From Candidatus Sumerlaeaceae bacterium (lineage in GTDB: Bacteria; Sumerlaeota; Sumerlaeia; Sumerlaeales; Sumerlaeaceae), in assembly GCA_049968255.1 (NCBI GenBank), contig JBMFRB010000002.1:413881-477880 (forward strand): a DNA stretch of 64,000 nt, read 5' to 3'. Positions 29,163 to 39,158 of this stretch are shown in pieces (positions within the stretch are counted from its first letter, which is position 1; each line of letters begins with the position of its first letter). The notes under the pieces were generated by a model. That model was not told where the DNA came from and did no database searches. It saw only the letters and a program-made list of their open reading frames with translations. Position numbers and translations under genes: made by a program.

Positions 29163-31100
29163 CTAACGACGACGTTGAGCGATTTCACCTAAAATTTCTG
29201 TAATGAATTCGTTTAGCGAACGGCTTCCCAGATCGCCTTTGCCGTGGCGGCGCACGCTCACTTGACCGCACTCTGCCTCTTTTTGACCAACGATTAGCAT
29301 GTAAGGAATCTTTTTGAGTTCGGCGTTGCGGATCTTGGCAGCAATTTTTTCCTCACCTAAGTCTAGAGTAGCGCGAATTCCTGATGATTTGAGCTCCTGA
29401 TGTACTTTCAGGGCATATTCGCGGGATTTTTCGCTGATAGGTAGAACCGCAACTTGCACCGGAGCAAGCCAGGGTGGGAGGTTTCCTGCCGTATGCTCCA
29501 AGAGCACGCCAATGAAGCGCTCAAGTGAGCCAACAATTGCGCGATGTACCATCACTGGCCGGCATTTCCGCCCATCCGGCCCAATGTAGCTGATGTCAAA
29601 ACGCTCGGGCATCGAGAAATCAACTTGGATTGTTCCACACTGCCACGAACGACGCAGACAATCTTTAACATGAAAATCGATCTTCGGCCCGTAAAACGCT
29701 CCATCGCCGGGATTTAGCTTATAGTTGATACCGAGCTTCTCGAGAGCGTTCTGCAGCGCTGAGGTGGCATTGTCCCACATTTCATCCGACCCAATGCTTT
29801 TCTCCGGTCGGGTGGAGAGTTCCATGTGATAGTCATCAAAACCGAACACATCGTACACGTGCTGGACGAACTGAATCGTCTCGGTGATCGCATCCTCGAG
29901 TTGTTCAGGCGTGGTGAAAATGTGTGCGTCGTCTTGCGTGAAGCAGCGAACCCGAAATAACCCGTGCAGCACGCCACTGAGCTCGTGACGATGGACGCGC
30001 CCAAATTCCGCCATTTTCATAGGCAAGTCGCGGTAGCTGTGCAGCGTAGACTTGTAAATGAGTAAATGCCCTGGGCAGTTCATGGGCTTCACAGCACATG
30101 TGCGTTCGTCAATGCTGGTGAAATACATATTTTCTTTATAGTGATCCCAATGGCCGCTGCGATGCCATAGCTCCTCGTGAAGGATGAGCGGAGTGAGGAC
30201 TTCGACGTAACCCCGTTTCTCAAGCTCTTCGCGCAAGAACTTGACGATTTCGTTGAAGAGAATTGTGCCGTTTGGGTGGAAGAAGGGAAATCCCGGGCCT
30301 TCTTCCTGGAAAGAGAAGAGATCTAGATCTTTCCCGATCCGGCGATGGTCCCGCTTTTTCGCTTCTTCGAGCAGCCGAAGATGTTCGTCCAATTGCTTTT
30401 TGTCGGGGAATGAGGTGCCGTAAATGCGTTGCAGCATTTTGTTACGCGCATCGCCACGCCAATAGGCACCCGCCACGTTCAACAATTTGAAGGCCTTGAC
30501 GTAGGAGGTGGAAGGCAGATGTGGGCCACGGCACAAATCTACAAACTCTCCTTGTTCGTAACAGGAAATCGTTTCGCCGCCTGGCAACTCCTGAATGATT
30601 TCGACTTTGTAAGGCTCGCCCCGCTGACGGAAGAGCTCGATTGCCTCTTCGCGCGATAATTCACGTCGCCGGACTGGCAAGTCCGCTTCCACGATCTTTT
30701 TCATTTCCTCTTCGATGCGAGCTAGCTCATCTTGACCTATCGGCTCCGGAATGTCGAAGTCATAGTAAAAACCGTCCTCCAACGGTGGGCCAATTGTGAG
30801 TTTTGCCTCGGGGATAACGCGCTTCACGGCCTGGGCCATGATATGTGCCGAAGTGTGACGAAAAACCTCACGCCCTTCTTCATCCTGCCATGTCAGTAGC
30901 TCCAGAGCGCAATCTTCTTCGATTGGCTTGCTCAAATCGCACACTCGCCCGTTGACGCGAGCCGCAAGCGCTGCTTTAGCGAGTTTGGGGCCAATGCGTT
31001 TGGCCACCTCCGTCACTGTTACTCCAGCAGGAACTTCCATTATGTTTCCATCAGGAAACTGGATTTTCACGAGCTTTTTGGATTCGACACTAGTTGACAT
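29163..31100 (-). CDS. thrS: Threonine-tRNA ligase
   Basis: TGS domain, FRHTSAH, DLCRGPH, KPMNCPGH, FTQDDAH and GAFYGPKID; AAGGAG RBS before ATG 31100. Confidence 0.98.
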   Translation of the reverse strand: MSTSVESKKLVKIQFPDGNIMEVPAGVTVTEVAKRIGPKLAKAALAARVNGRVCDLSKPIEEDCALELLTWQDEEGREVFRHTSAHIMAQAVKRVIPEAKLTIGPPLEDGFYYDFDIPEPIGQDELARIEEEMKKIVEADLPVRRRELSREEAIELFRQRGEPYKVEIIQELPGGETISCYEQGEFVDLCRGPHLPSTSYVKAFKLLNVAGAYWRGDARNKMLQRIYGTSFPDKKQLDEHLRLLEEAKKRDHRRIGKDLDLFSFQEEGPGFPFFHPNGTILFNEIVKFLREELEKRGYVEVLTPLILHEELWHRSGHWDHYKENMYFTSIDERTCAVKPMNCPGHLLIYKSTLHSYRDLPMKMAEFGRVHRHELSGVLHGLFRVRCFTQDDAHIFTTPEQLEDAITETIQFVQHVYDVFGFDDYHMELSTRPEKSIGSDEMWDNATSALQNALEKLGINYKLNPGDGAFYGPKIDFHVKDCLRRSWQCGTIQVDFSMPERFDISYIGPDGRKCRPVMVHRAIVGSLERFIGVLLEHTAGNLPPWLAPVQVAVLPISEKSREYALKVHQELKSSGIRATLDLGEEKIAAKIRNAELKKIPYMLIVGQKEAECGQVSVRRHGKGDLGSRSLNEFITEILGEIAQRRR

Positions 31101-31141
31101 GGTTCTCCTTCTCATCACGCCGGCTGGCCTGCGTTGCCGCT

Positions 31142-31170
31142 AACATAATCTTTGGTGCTAAGTACTTCAA
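31142..31170 (-). promoter_or_regulatory. Putative sigma-70 promoter of thrS (TTGAAG-17-TATGTT)
   Basis: Hexamers with a 17-nt spacer about 40 nt upstream of the start. Confidence 0.4.
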
Positions 31171-31295
31171 CCGCCGGCTCAACATTGCGTGCAAGATGTT
31201 TTTCGTCGCACAGCTGACACGTGGAAGCGTATGGCAAGTTCGAATCAACGGTTTGCTGGTCTGTGCCTAAAGGCTGAGCATATGGACGTGAACAG

Positions 31296-33521
31296 CTACT
31301 GACGCTTGATCACCAAAAGCGGCACGGGCAAGAGTCGTTCGACGCCGCCGAGGTCGCTTGGTAAATTCACGACACCCGGCTTTAGGTCGGGCGAGAGTTG
31401 ATGCGACGCAGCTCTCACATCATTGACAAACATCACCGAAGAGCCGCCACCATCCATGTTCATAGCGTGACGGCAGCCGAGATTCTTCATGAGGATGGCA
31501 AGCTCAGCCAAGGTAGCGCCAACGGAATGCGGTGGTCGCGCGCGGCCATCGACAACAACGAGCAGTACAGTGCCATCCTCCCGAATACCAATCGCCGTGC
31601 GGGGGGCCCGTGTTTTGTCCCAATCGTAAGGGAAACGTGTCGGCGGGACGCCCCGCATTGGCGCCTCGCGCAACGCTTTTGGCAGCGCACTCCTGGGCAA
31701 TTGGGCTGCTTCCTCAAAATCCGGAGCTTCTTTCGTGACGATAGGAGCGAACTCTTCTTTGCTCTCTCCAAGCGGAACGACTTGCCCGTCGCTGACGAGG
31801 AGCGGCCCAACAGCAAAAGCATGCCGAATGGATACGGGCCTGTTTGTCTCGGGATCGCGCAGTTCCACACTCGCCGCTTGCCTCGGATCAATGCGATGGT
31901 CGAAGGCCTCCGAATCACCGATCACCCATCCATTTGCGGGAACCTCGGCACACATGTCCTCGAATATCTCGACAATTGCGTTCCCAACAACGACAGCACC
32001 AAAATTCAATGGCCCAATTTTGTTCTCAGGGAACGGACGGTGAGCGCGGTCAAAATACGTCGCCGCCACCGATTCCCCCTCGAAAACCAGAGCAAAGCAA
32101 TCGAGTTTCAGCCCAAGCGCTGTTGTGATGATCGGCTTTCCTTCGCTTGTGAGGACAAACGCCGCTCGCCGCAGAGTGCGAATCTGGTGGCAATGAGAAT
32201 TCTCGACAAGCGCTGCCACGGGGTCATTCATCGCGCTGTGAAGTGTGACATATTCTTCTGGGAAGTTCAGAAAGAACGTTGAATTCGTTGCACCAACGAT
32301 AAGCCCATCGAGCTCACGAAGTTTTCCGGAGTCACTGAGCCGATCAGTTTCATTTACAACTTCGGAAAGGAATGCACAGCCTGCATACGGAACGACCCGG
32401 TGAATACGCACCAACGAGCCACAAGATGCCGGATCCGAAACCACAAAAGGCGAGCTGGCGTCGTATATGGCTTGTGTTGCCCGCTCTTCATCCCAACTAG
32501 ACCGCGGGGAATAGCTATTCTTTTCTTCCGTTTTCCATTTGGAAAATATGTTAGCATTTTCTCCAATGTAGGCATCCACAAACCCTGTTCGGTTTAGCTC
32601 AAACAGGTAAAGCCGGTAGTCTTCCCACGTGAGACCGCTGAGCTCTGGTTGAAAAGTCGCATCTGCCACAAATCGCTGCGTTTCGGTGTCGAACCAGAGA
32701 GCTTTGGCGGCAGTCAAAGCCTCACTCATATAGGCCATCAGGCTGGTGCGTCCAAAAAGTCGCCGCCGAAGCGAAACCCAACGCGAGTGCCACAAGCCTT
32801 CGAACTCACCAGGCCATGACCGGTCAATTGGATAAAAGGCGACGGGGAATGTTCGCCCACGCTGGGTGCGAAGCGCCCCGGTCGCCCAGAATGTTTGCCA
32901 AAATGCATTTGCAATGGCTGCTTGCGCACGACAATCTCCGCGGTCGCACGCTGTGCCATCTGTACTCAATGCGTGAAGGACAACCGGACGGATATCGAGT
33001 TGGGACTTTTCGAGTGCGCTCGCGGGGATTTCCAGAAGATTGAAAGCCAGACCGCCAGACGCATCTGAATTCGCGAGGATCTCTAACAAAAAGCGACGCC
33101 ATGCGTCTGCGTTCCTCGTGTAAGCGAGGCTTCCACTTCGGAAAATTTCATGACTCAATACCCACCGAGTTGGTTTTTCCAAAGAAAGCCCGGGCGGCAG
33201 CTCGTTCCCGCTGTCGACCGATGCGAGGGTGATTACCAGGCTCTGCAAGTAGAGTGGGTAGAGCCGATAGCGTGCTCGGACCCATTGGACGTCGCTTTCA
33301 GCGACGCCAGAGACCACTTCCATATCAAGCGGCTGATCGCATTGCAGGTCGGCCTCTGCAAGTTTTGCTAGCCAATTCAAAAATGCGACAACGTCTTTCC
33401 TCGTGATGGCAGCTTCTGATTCAATGGACAAACTTTCGAAGCCGATTAGTGGACTACTGTTTGTTTCTCTTATTCCGGCGATCCATTGACGCGGTGGCAA
33501 GTTGGGAGACAACTCAGTCAT
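31296..33521 (-). CDS. Phosphodiester glycosidase (NAGPA/DUF2233) domain protein with a long uncharacterised N-terminal region
   Basis: C-terminal PRTAIG..LVVVDGR...GATLAELA..AMNMDGGGSS; no signal peptide. Confidence 0.8.
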   Translation of the reverse strand: MTELSPNLPPRQWIAGIRETNSSPLIGFESLSIESEAAITRKDVVAFLNWLAKLAEADLQCDQPLDMEVVSGVAESDVQWVRARYRLYPLYLQSLVITLASVDSGNELPPGLSLEKPTRWVLSHEIFRSGSLAYTRNADAWRRFLLEILANSDASGGLAFNLLEIPASALEKSQLDIRPVVLHALSTDGTACDRGDCRAQAAIANAFWQTFWATGALRTQRGRTFPVAFYPIDRSWPGEFEGLWHSRWVSLRRRLFGRTSLMAYMSEALTAAKALWFDTETQRFVADATFQPELSGLTWEDYRLYLFELNRTGFVDAYIGENANIFSKWKTEEKNSYSPRSSWDEERATQAIYDASSPFVVSDPASCGSLVRIHRVVPYAGCAFLSEVVNETDRLSDSGKLRELDGLIVGATNSTFFLNFPEEYVTLHSAMNDPVAALVENSHCHQIRTLRRAAFVLTSEGKPIITTALGLKLDCFALVFEGESVAATYFDRAHRPFPENKIGPLNFGAVVVGNAIVEIFEDMCAEVPANGWVIGDSEAFDHRIDPRQAASVELRDPETNRPVSIRHAFAVGPLLVSDGQVVPLGESKEEFAPIVTKEAPDFEEAAQLPRSALPKALREAPMRGVPPTRFPYDWDKTRAPRTAIGIREDGTVLLVVVDGRARPPHSVGATLAELAILMKNLGCRHAMNMDGGGSSVMFVNDVRAASHQLSPDLKPGVVNLPSDLGGVERLLPVPLLVIKRQ

Positions 33522-33633
33522 TGCGACGCATGCTTCCTCGGACAGTCTTGAGAGTAACGGTGTCCGCTTCTGAGGTGTGACGAAAATTCGGTCAATCTTT
33601 TTTGCTCGTCACCGTCTTCGACCCAAGGCTGTG

Positions 33634-35214
33634 TCACAGTCGATTGAGATAAATGCTGTAGATTGTCCGATCCTCCTGCGATTCCTCGTAACCTGAAACG
33701 ATGAGATCGCCGCGTTTATCGCCATCAAGATCCTGCACCACGAAGCTAGTAAATGGTCGCGGCGTGTGCAGAACTGCGAATGGCCGACTCGTAAAGCCGC
33801 GCATCCCACCGAGATTTTTATAGATGGAAATCTCACGAGGCCCCGTCTTCATGACCAAATCGACAGCGCCGTCGCCGTCCATGTCGTGATTGATAAAGAC
33901 CTGCTGCTGGAACAGTTGACGTGCCCCGTAAATTTCATAATTCACGAGCACGCGCTGTTTGAAGCTGAAAACGTCGAGAAACCGATTTCGCTGCTTGTCC
34001 CACAAGTAAAAGCGGAGTTCTCCATCCAGACCATTTTTCAGATAAGCACGTAGCTGGGATTCCATGCTTTGCGGCTGGAAATCCAGGTGGAAAAGGGCTA
34101 GATCGAGAGCCCCATCGCCGTTGACGTCACCTAACGGGACCAATTCGCTGTAAGCGATGTCGCGCGTGTGCAGAACGAAATCTGGTTTTTCACCAAACGA
34201 GCGATCTTGCTTGCCAAGATAAACAGAAATGCTTGTGCGGGGCGAGAGTTTTGTCGCCGACACGTCTACCGTAAATGTGTCTAGCCTGCCGTCGCCGTTG
34301 AGATCCACTAAGTTCGGCGCCACAACGACGCGACTTTTGTACACGCCGAATGACGAGGCGATGCGGTCATAAACACTAAGCGGCTCGGCTTGGTAGCCGC
34401 CTTTGGGCAAACGATAGAAAACATTCTTTGGCGTGACGAAGTCGAGAAGCCCGTCGCCGTTGAAATCCACAGATAAAAATGGCTGGCTTGCGGACTCTAT
34501 CGCATAATCCACACCATACCAACGCCCGTGCCGGAGCAAAGGGCGCACAATGTCGGAGGCCATTGATCGCTCTGCCAACACTGGCATGCCCAGCAGTTCA
34601 GGCTCGCGCCGCAAGAATGCGTATTGAGTTGTAGTAAAGGGCAAGTTTATGCGGCTTTTCAACTTATACCGAAAAGAGCTGTCAGGTTCATAAATTTCGA
34701 GCTGATCCAAGTTGGGCCAGACGAGTTCGCTTCGGCCGTCGCCATCAAGATCGACAGCTGCGTCAGTAAAGCGCAGTGTTGGCATCGGAGTTAGATCGAG
34801 GTTGGTTTCCAAAACGGGAACCAGTTGTGCAGAGATCTCATTGCGAGCTGTTTTGTCTAAAACCACGGCCTTTACGCCATGCTTTCCAGCCAACACCAGC
34901 TGCAACCCAGGCGCCGACGTAACTTTTCCAACACTCACACACGCGATGTCGTCTGGCACAGGTGTGCTTCGTCCCAATTCCAGCGAGGGTGTAGCGGGAA
35001 AAGACCCATCATTCTGCTGAAAAAAAACGAGGATACGTCGTTGGAAAATGACAAGCAGATCGTTGCGGCCGTCGCTGTCCAGGTCGAAGCGCGATTCAAA
35101 CGCCTCGACTGCTGATGGCAAATTAATCGCCGACTCAACGAAAACCCCTCCACGGGCCAGCGCAGCTGAGCCAAGAAGAGCAGCAACAAAGAATTGCATA
35201 ATCCGGCAACACAT
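33634..35214 (-). CDS. Secreted FG-GAP/VCBS repeat beta-propeller protein
   Basis: Seven DxDGDG-type motifs (DLDSDG, DLDGDG, DFNGDG, DLNGDG, DVNGDG, DMDGDG, DLDGDK); signal peptide after ATG 35214 or 35199. Confidence 0.8.
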   Translation of the reverse strand: MCCRIMQFFVAALLGSAALARGGVFVESAINLPSAVEAFESRFDLDSDGRNDLLVIFQRRILVFFQQNDGSFPATPSLELGRSTPVPDDIACVSVGKVTSAPGLQLVLAGKHGVKAVVLDKTARNEISAQLVPVLETNLDLTPMPTLRFTDAAVDLDGDGRSELVWPNLDQLEIYEPDSSFRYKLKSRINLPFTTTQYAFLRREPELLGMPVLAERSMASDIVRPLLRHGRWYGVDYAIESASQPFLSVDFNGDGLLDFVTPKNVFYRLPKGGYQAEPLSVYDRIASSFGVYKSRVVVAPNLVDLNGDGRLDTFTVDVSATKLSPRTSISVYLGKQDRSFGEKPDFVLHTRDIAYSELVPLGDVNGDGALDLALFHLDFQPQSMESQLRAYLKNGLDGELRFYLWDKQRNRFLDVFSFKQRVLVNYEIYGARQLFQQQVFINHDMDGDGAVDLVMKTGPREISIYKNLGGMRGFTSRPFAVLHTPRPFTSFVVQDLDGDKRGDLIVSGYEESQEDRTIYSIYLNRL

Positions 35215-35305
35215 TCCGCTGTTCGTGTGCCGAGAATTCCCCATCATACTCAACAAGTTTTCATCTCTGTTGACCCAGCGGAGGAAAAAACACTGAATCC
35301 GTTTT

Positions 35306-36217
35306 ATGAGATATCTTCCCAACATCGTCGCGTGCGTACTTTCTTTGGCAGCTTTTCCTTTGCCTGCCCAGGTCGTCGCTCCACCAACCATTGACGAACA
35401 AAAAGCCTGGAGGTTCTTGGTCCATCAGGTCGAGCTTGGGCCGCGAGTGCCTACCAGTGAAGCACACCGCAAAACGCGCGAATTCATTCTGCGGCAGCTT
35501 GCGGAGAGCGGCTGCACGACTTTTACGCAGACGTTCCATGCTTATGCACCATTGTTAGCCAAAAACGTGGAGGGGGTGAATATCGTGGGGATCACACCGA
35601 AAGATTCAAAAACAGCTTCTCTTGTTTTATCTGCCCACTATGACACGCGACCGAGCGCGGACATGGAGATGAATCCGGATAAGCGTCATCAACCCATCCC
35701 CGGCGCAAACGATGGTGCGAGTGGGGTCGCCGTGCTGCTTGCTGTTGCTGACGCTCTGCAAGAAACTCCACCGCCAAAACCGTTGGCTTTTGTATTTTTT
35801 GATTTGGAGGACAGTGGTCAACCAACTGACGTGAAAGGATATTGCTTGGGCTCGCGTTACATGGCGGCAAATTTGCCGCCCCAGCTTGCTGAGTTTGAAC
35901 TGGGAATCAATTTCGATATGGTCGGCAAGAAAGACTTGCATTTGCCCATGGAACAGTATTCTTTACGCGCCGCTTCTGACGAAGTCAGAGTTTTTTGGGC
36001 AGTTGGGGCCCAGGTTGCTCCAAACACTTTTGTCAAGCGACAAGGAATAGCAATTTACGATGATCACGTGCCGTTTCTCGAGCGTGGAAAAAAGTTCATC
36101 AATGTCATTGATTTTGACTATTCGCAGTGGCACACCACGGACGACTCTGTTGAACAATGCAGTTCAGAAAGCCTGAAGGCGGTTGGCGACACAGTCTTGA
36201 AGTTCCTGTTCCAGTAG
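35306..36217 (+). CDS. M28 family Zn peptidase / glutaminyl cyclase-like
   Basis: Signal peptide; SAHYDTRP, GANDGASG, FFDLED, DDHVPF and WHTTDD. Confidence 0.88.
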   Translation: MRYLPNIVACVLSLAAFPLPAQVVAPPTIDEQKAWRFLVHQVELGPRVPTSEAHRKTREFILRQLAESGCTTFTQTFHAYAPLLAKNVEGVNIVGITPKDSKTASLVLSAHYDTRPSADMEMNPDKRHQPIPGANDGASGVAVLLAVADALQETPPPKPLAFVFFDLEDSGQPTDVKGYCLGSRYMAANLPPQLAEFELGINFDMVGKKDLHLPMEQYSLRAASDEVRVFWAVGAQVAPNTFVKRQGIAIYDDHVPFLERGKKFINVIDFDYSQWHTTDDSVEQCSSESLKAVGDTVLKFLFQ

Positions 36218-36352
36218 TTTGCTCATTCCAGCCGTTTTGCTGATGTTCAGTGCCGCGTGTCGAGATAGCCTTCTGATCAATCGCGTTACCATCTGCGGAA
36301 GAACGAATCCGGATTGTCCGCGCTGAACATGATCGAGATAAGGGAAAAGAAG

Positions 36353-37753
36353 ATGGAGTCTGCTGCCAGCAAAGAAGTTTGGGGGAAAGTGCTCGAAGAA
36401 TTGGGACGAGTTCTTGATCGCGACAGCATGGCAACATGGATTGCGGTGCTGCAGTGTCAGAGCATTGATGGCAACAAGCTCTTGCTGTCGGCCCCTAGCG
36501 AATTTCACCGAGCGTGGATTCTTTCTAACTACGGCGATCAACTTCGTCAGGCTGTGAAGAACGTCGTATCCGATGAGGCTGCCATTGAGCTGGTCGCCAT
36601 GCCTGCTCTCGTTGTCGACCGATCATTCGATCCGCTTCCGATAACTCCGGCAAGGGCTGCTGATGGTGTGATTCCCAGTGCAGCCAATGCAACCCCGCTA
36701 CCAGCTTTTCCGCGCATCTGTAGGCTGAACCCGCGATATACATTCGAAGAGTACGTCGTCGGCGAAAGTAATCGCTTTGCCCATGCGGCTTGTCGACAAG
36801 TGGCCGACCCGTCGTCAAAGTCGTTCAATCCGCTTTTTCTCTATGGGGGCGTCGGGCTAGGCAAAACGCACCTTTTGCACGCCATCGGGCATCAGGTCAT
36901 GCGCACCAATCCGCATATGAAAGTGCTCTACGTCACGAGCGACGAGTTCATGAACAGCTTCATCGAATCTATTACGCAGGGCAAACAAGCGGAGTTTCGC
37001 GAGTACTATCGACGTGTAGATGTCTTGCTCATCGACGACGTGCAGTTTTTCAGCGGCAAGGAGCGCACGCAGGTCGAGTTCTTTCACACGTTTAATGCGC
37101 TCTACGACGCAGGAAAGAAAATTGTGGTATCAAGCGATCGCCCGCCAAATGAGCTCGACAAGCTGGAAGACCGACTACGCAATCGGTTTGCCTGGGGATT
37201 GGTGGTCGACATTCAGCCGCCCGATCTCGAAATGCGGATCGCGATCCTCAACAAGAAATTTGCCGCGATGGGTGAGGGCGAACTGCCACGAAGTGTAGCG
37301 CTCTACATCGCAGAGCGAGTGCAGAAAAACATCCGCGAGCTTGAAGGTGTGCTCCTTAAGTTGCGGACATACGCCGCCGTTATGAAGCAGCCCATTACGG
37401 TCGAGCTGGCCAAATCAATTCTCTCGGATGTGATGCCGCCTTCGCCGCCGCAAACGTTGCATGCGGAACAGATTATTCAGGTTGTTTGTCAGAATTTCGG
37501 CATCGGTCGAGAGGATCTTCTCGGACAGAATCGCAAAAAGCGCTTAGCCACGCCGCGGCATGTGGCCATGTTCCTTGTACGCAAATTCACAAAACTCTCC
37601 TATCCGGAAATCGGGGAAGTTTTTGGCGGCCGAGACCACACGTCCGTTCTCCATGCTTTTCGCCGAATTTCCGAGCAAATCGAGAAAGATGAGAACATGA
37701 GAAGCTTGATTGCGTACCTCAGCCGCCAGCTCAATGAGATGAGACAAGATTAG
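36353..37753 (+). CDS. dnaA: Chromosomal replication initiator DnaA
   Basis: LNPRYTF..VVGESN, NPLFLYGGVGLGKTHL, LLIDDVQF, RELEG and domain IV FGGRDHTSVLHA. Start could be 36314-36353. Confidence 0.96.
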   Translation: MESAASKEVWGKVLEELGRVLDRDSMATWIAVLQCQSIDGNKLLLSAPSEFHRAWILSNYGDQLRQAVKNVVSDEAAIELVAMPALVVDRSFDPLPITPARAADGVIPSAANATPLPAFPRICRLNPRYTFEEYVVGESNRFAHAACRQVADPSSKSFNPLFLYGGVGLGKTHLLHAIGHQVMRTNPHMKVLYVTSDEFMNSFIESITQGKQAEFREYYRRVDVLLIDDVQFFSGKERTQVEFFHTFNALYDAGKKIVVSSDRPPNELDKLEDRLRNRFAWGLVVDIQPPDLEMRIAILNKKFAAMGEGELPRSVALYIAERVQKNIRELEGVLLKLRTYAAVMKQPITVELAKSILSDVMPPSPPQTLHAEQIIQVVCQNFGIGREDLLGQNRKKRLATPRHVAMFLVRKFTKLSYPEIGEVFGGRDHTSVLHAFRRISEQIEKDENMRSLIAYLSRQLNEMRQD

Positions 37754-37771
37754 CTCTTGCCGGTTTTTTTA

Positions 37772-37788
37772 ACGGCATGATCTTTGCA
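37772..37788 (+). promoter_or_regulatory. Sigma-54 (-24/-12) promoter upstream of gspG
   Basis: ACGGCATGATCTTTGCA: GG at 37774-5 and GC at 37786-7 with exactly 10 nt between; TTGCA matches the consensus; about 60 nt before the ATG. Confidence 0.6.
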
Positions 37789-37848
37789 TAGATGAAAGCG
37801 CGAACAGTCAAGAGAGCCCTAAATCCGAGCGAAGGATAGAAAAGAAAA

Positions 37849-38295
37849 ATGAGAATTCGAAATTTCCCAGGACAAACCGCACGCGCATTCACTTTTATTG
37901 AGATCATGCTGGTGGTGCTTATCATTGGCATTCTCATGGGAATTGTCGTGCCCCGCATGGTGGGCCAGACAAAAGGGGCAAAAATCAAAGCATGCAAGGC
38001 ATCGATCCGCAACATTGGGGTGGCACTGAGTGCTTTTGAAGTCAGAGCCGGCCGATTCCCGACGACGCAGGAAGGCCTTCAGGCGCTCGTTACCAAACCG
38101 AGTGGACTGACGGATGACGAATGGGACGGTCCTTATCTCCAGGAACTTCCGAAGGATCCTTGGGGACAAGAGTTTATTTATCGGAGCCCTGGGGAGCACA
38201 ATGCTGATTATGACCTGATCTCCAAGGGCCCCGATAAACAGGAAAACACGCCCGACGATATCACGAATTTTGGCTCTAGCGAGTCGAGCAAGTAA
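37849..38295 (+). CDS. gspG: Type II secretion major pseudopilin GspG-like
   Basis: Class III signal A|FTFIEIMLVV; FPTTQEGLQAL, WDGPYL, DPWG..Y..PG and YDL.S.GPD. Confidence 0.9.
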   Translation: MRIRNFPGQTARAFTFIEIMLVVLIIGILMGIVVPRMVGQTKGAKIKACKASIRNIGVALSAFEVRAGRFPTTQEGLQALVTKPSGLTDDEWDGPYLQELPKDPWGQEFIYRSPGEHNADYDLISKGPDKQENTPDDITNFGSSESSK

Positions 38296-38360
38296 ATGGA
38301 AGTTGTGCCCTTCTCGCACCGACGCATTTTCATCGTTCCGCAAGTAGCAGAGGAGATCTT

Positions 38361-39152
38361 GTGACTTTCATTCACCCTACGGCAATTGTCGATTCGAAAG
38401 CAGAATTAGATCCTTCGGTCGAGGTTGGTCCCCACGTCATCATCGAGGGGCCAGTCCGCATTGGCGCGCGCACGCGTATACTGGCCAATGCCTACCTGTG
38501 TGGCGACACACAAATTGGCTCGGACAATGTCATTCACATGGGATGTGTCATTGGCCATACGCCGCAGCATCTTGGCTATAGGGGCGCCCCAACCGGAGTT
38601 CGTATCGGCAACGCAAACGAATTTCGCGAGTATGTGACCATTCACCGCGCTGCAGAAGAGGGGCACTACACGACAATCGGTGATCGCTGCTATTTCATGG
38701 GACTCTCGCACGTCGCACACGACGTCATTGTCGGCAACGAGGTGATCGTCGCCAATGGTGCACTGTTGGCAGGGCATGTCCGTGTCGAAGACAAAGTCTT
38801 TATTTCTGGCAATGTGGGAGTCCACCAGTTTTGCGCCATCGGAGAACTGGCGATGATTGGCGGGCTTTCAAAAATTGTCAAAGATATCCCCCCTTTCATG
38901 CTTGTCGACGGCCAATCTGTGGTGTGCGGCATCAACGTGGTCGGCTTGCGTCGCGCTGGTTTCGATGCGCAGGCTCGCGAGAACATTCAACAGGCCTATC
39001 GAATTCTCTATCGGTCAGGGCTAAGTGTCTCGGAGGCAGTTGCGCGGCTGGCATCTCAGTTTCCAGAGTGCGAACCTATTCAAAAACTTGTTAGCTTTAT
39101 TAGAAACTCTAAGCGTGGCATTGCCTCTCATACACGAAACTCGGGAGAGTAG
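38361..39152 (+). CDS. lpxA: Acyl-ACP:UDP-GlcNAc O-acyltransferase (LpxA family)
   Basis: IHPTAIV, hexapeptide repeats, FREYVTIHR, SHVAHD, LAGHV, VHQF and GINVVGLRR. Confidence 0.9.
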   Translation: MTFIHPTAIVDSKAELDPSVEVGPHVIIEGPVRIGARTRILANAYLCGDTQIGSDNVIHMGCVIGHTPQHLGYRGAPTGVRIGNANEFREYVTIHRAAEEGHYTTIGDRCYFMGLSHVAHDVIVGNEVIVANGALLAGHVRVEDKVFISGNVGVHQFCAIGELAMIGGLSKIVKDIPPFMLVDGQSVVCGINVVGLRRAGFDAQARENIQQAYRILYRSGLSVSEAVARLASQFPECEPIQKLVSFIRNSKRGIASHTRNSGE

Positions 39153-39158
39153 GAGGCC

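Noticed and set aside
31101-31295. T-box or attenuator upstream of thrS
   Set aside because: No T-box consensus or terminator hairpin, and the putative promoter leaves too short a leader.
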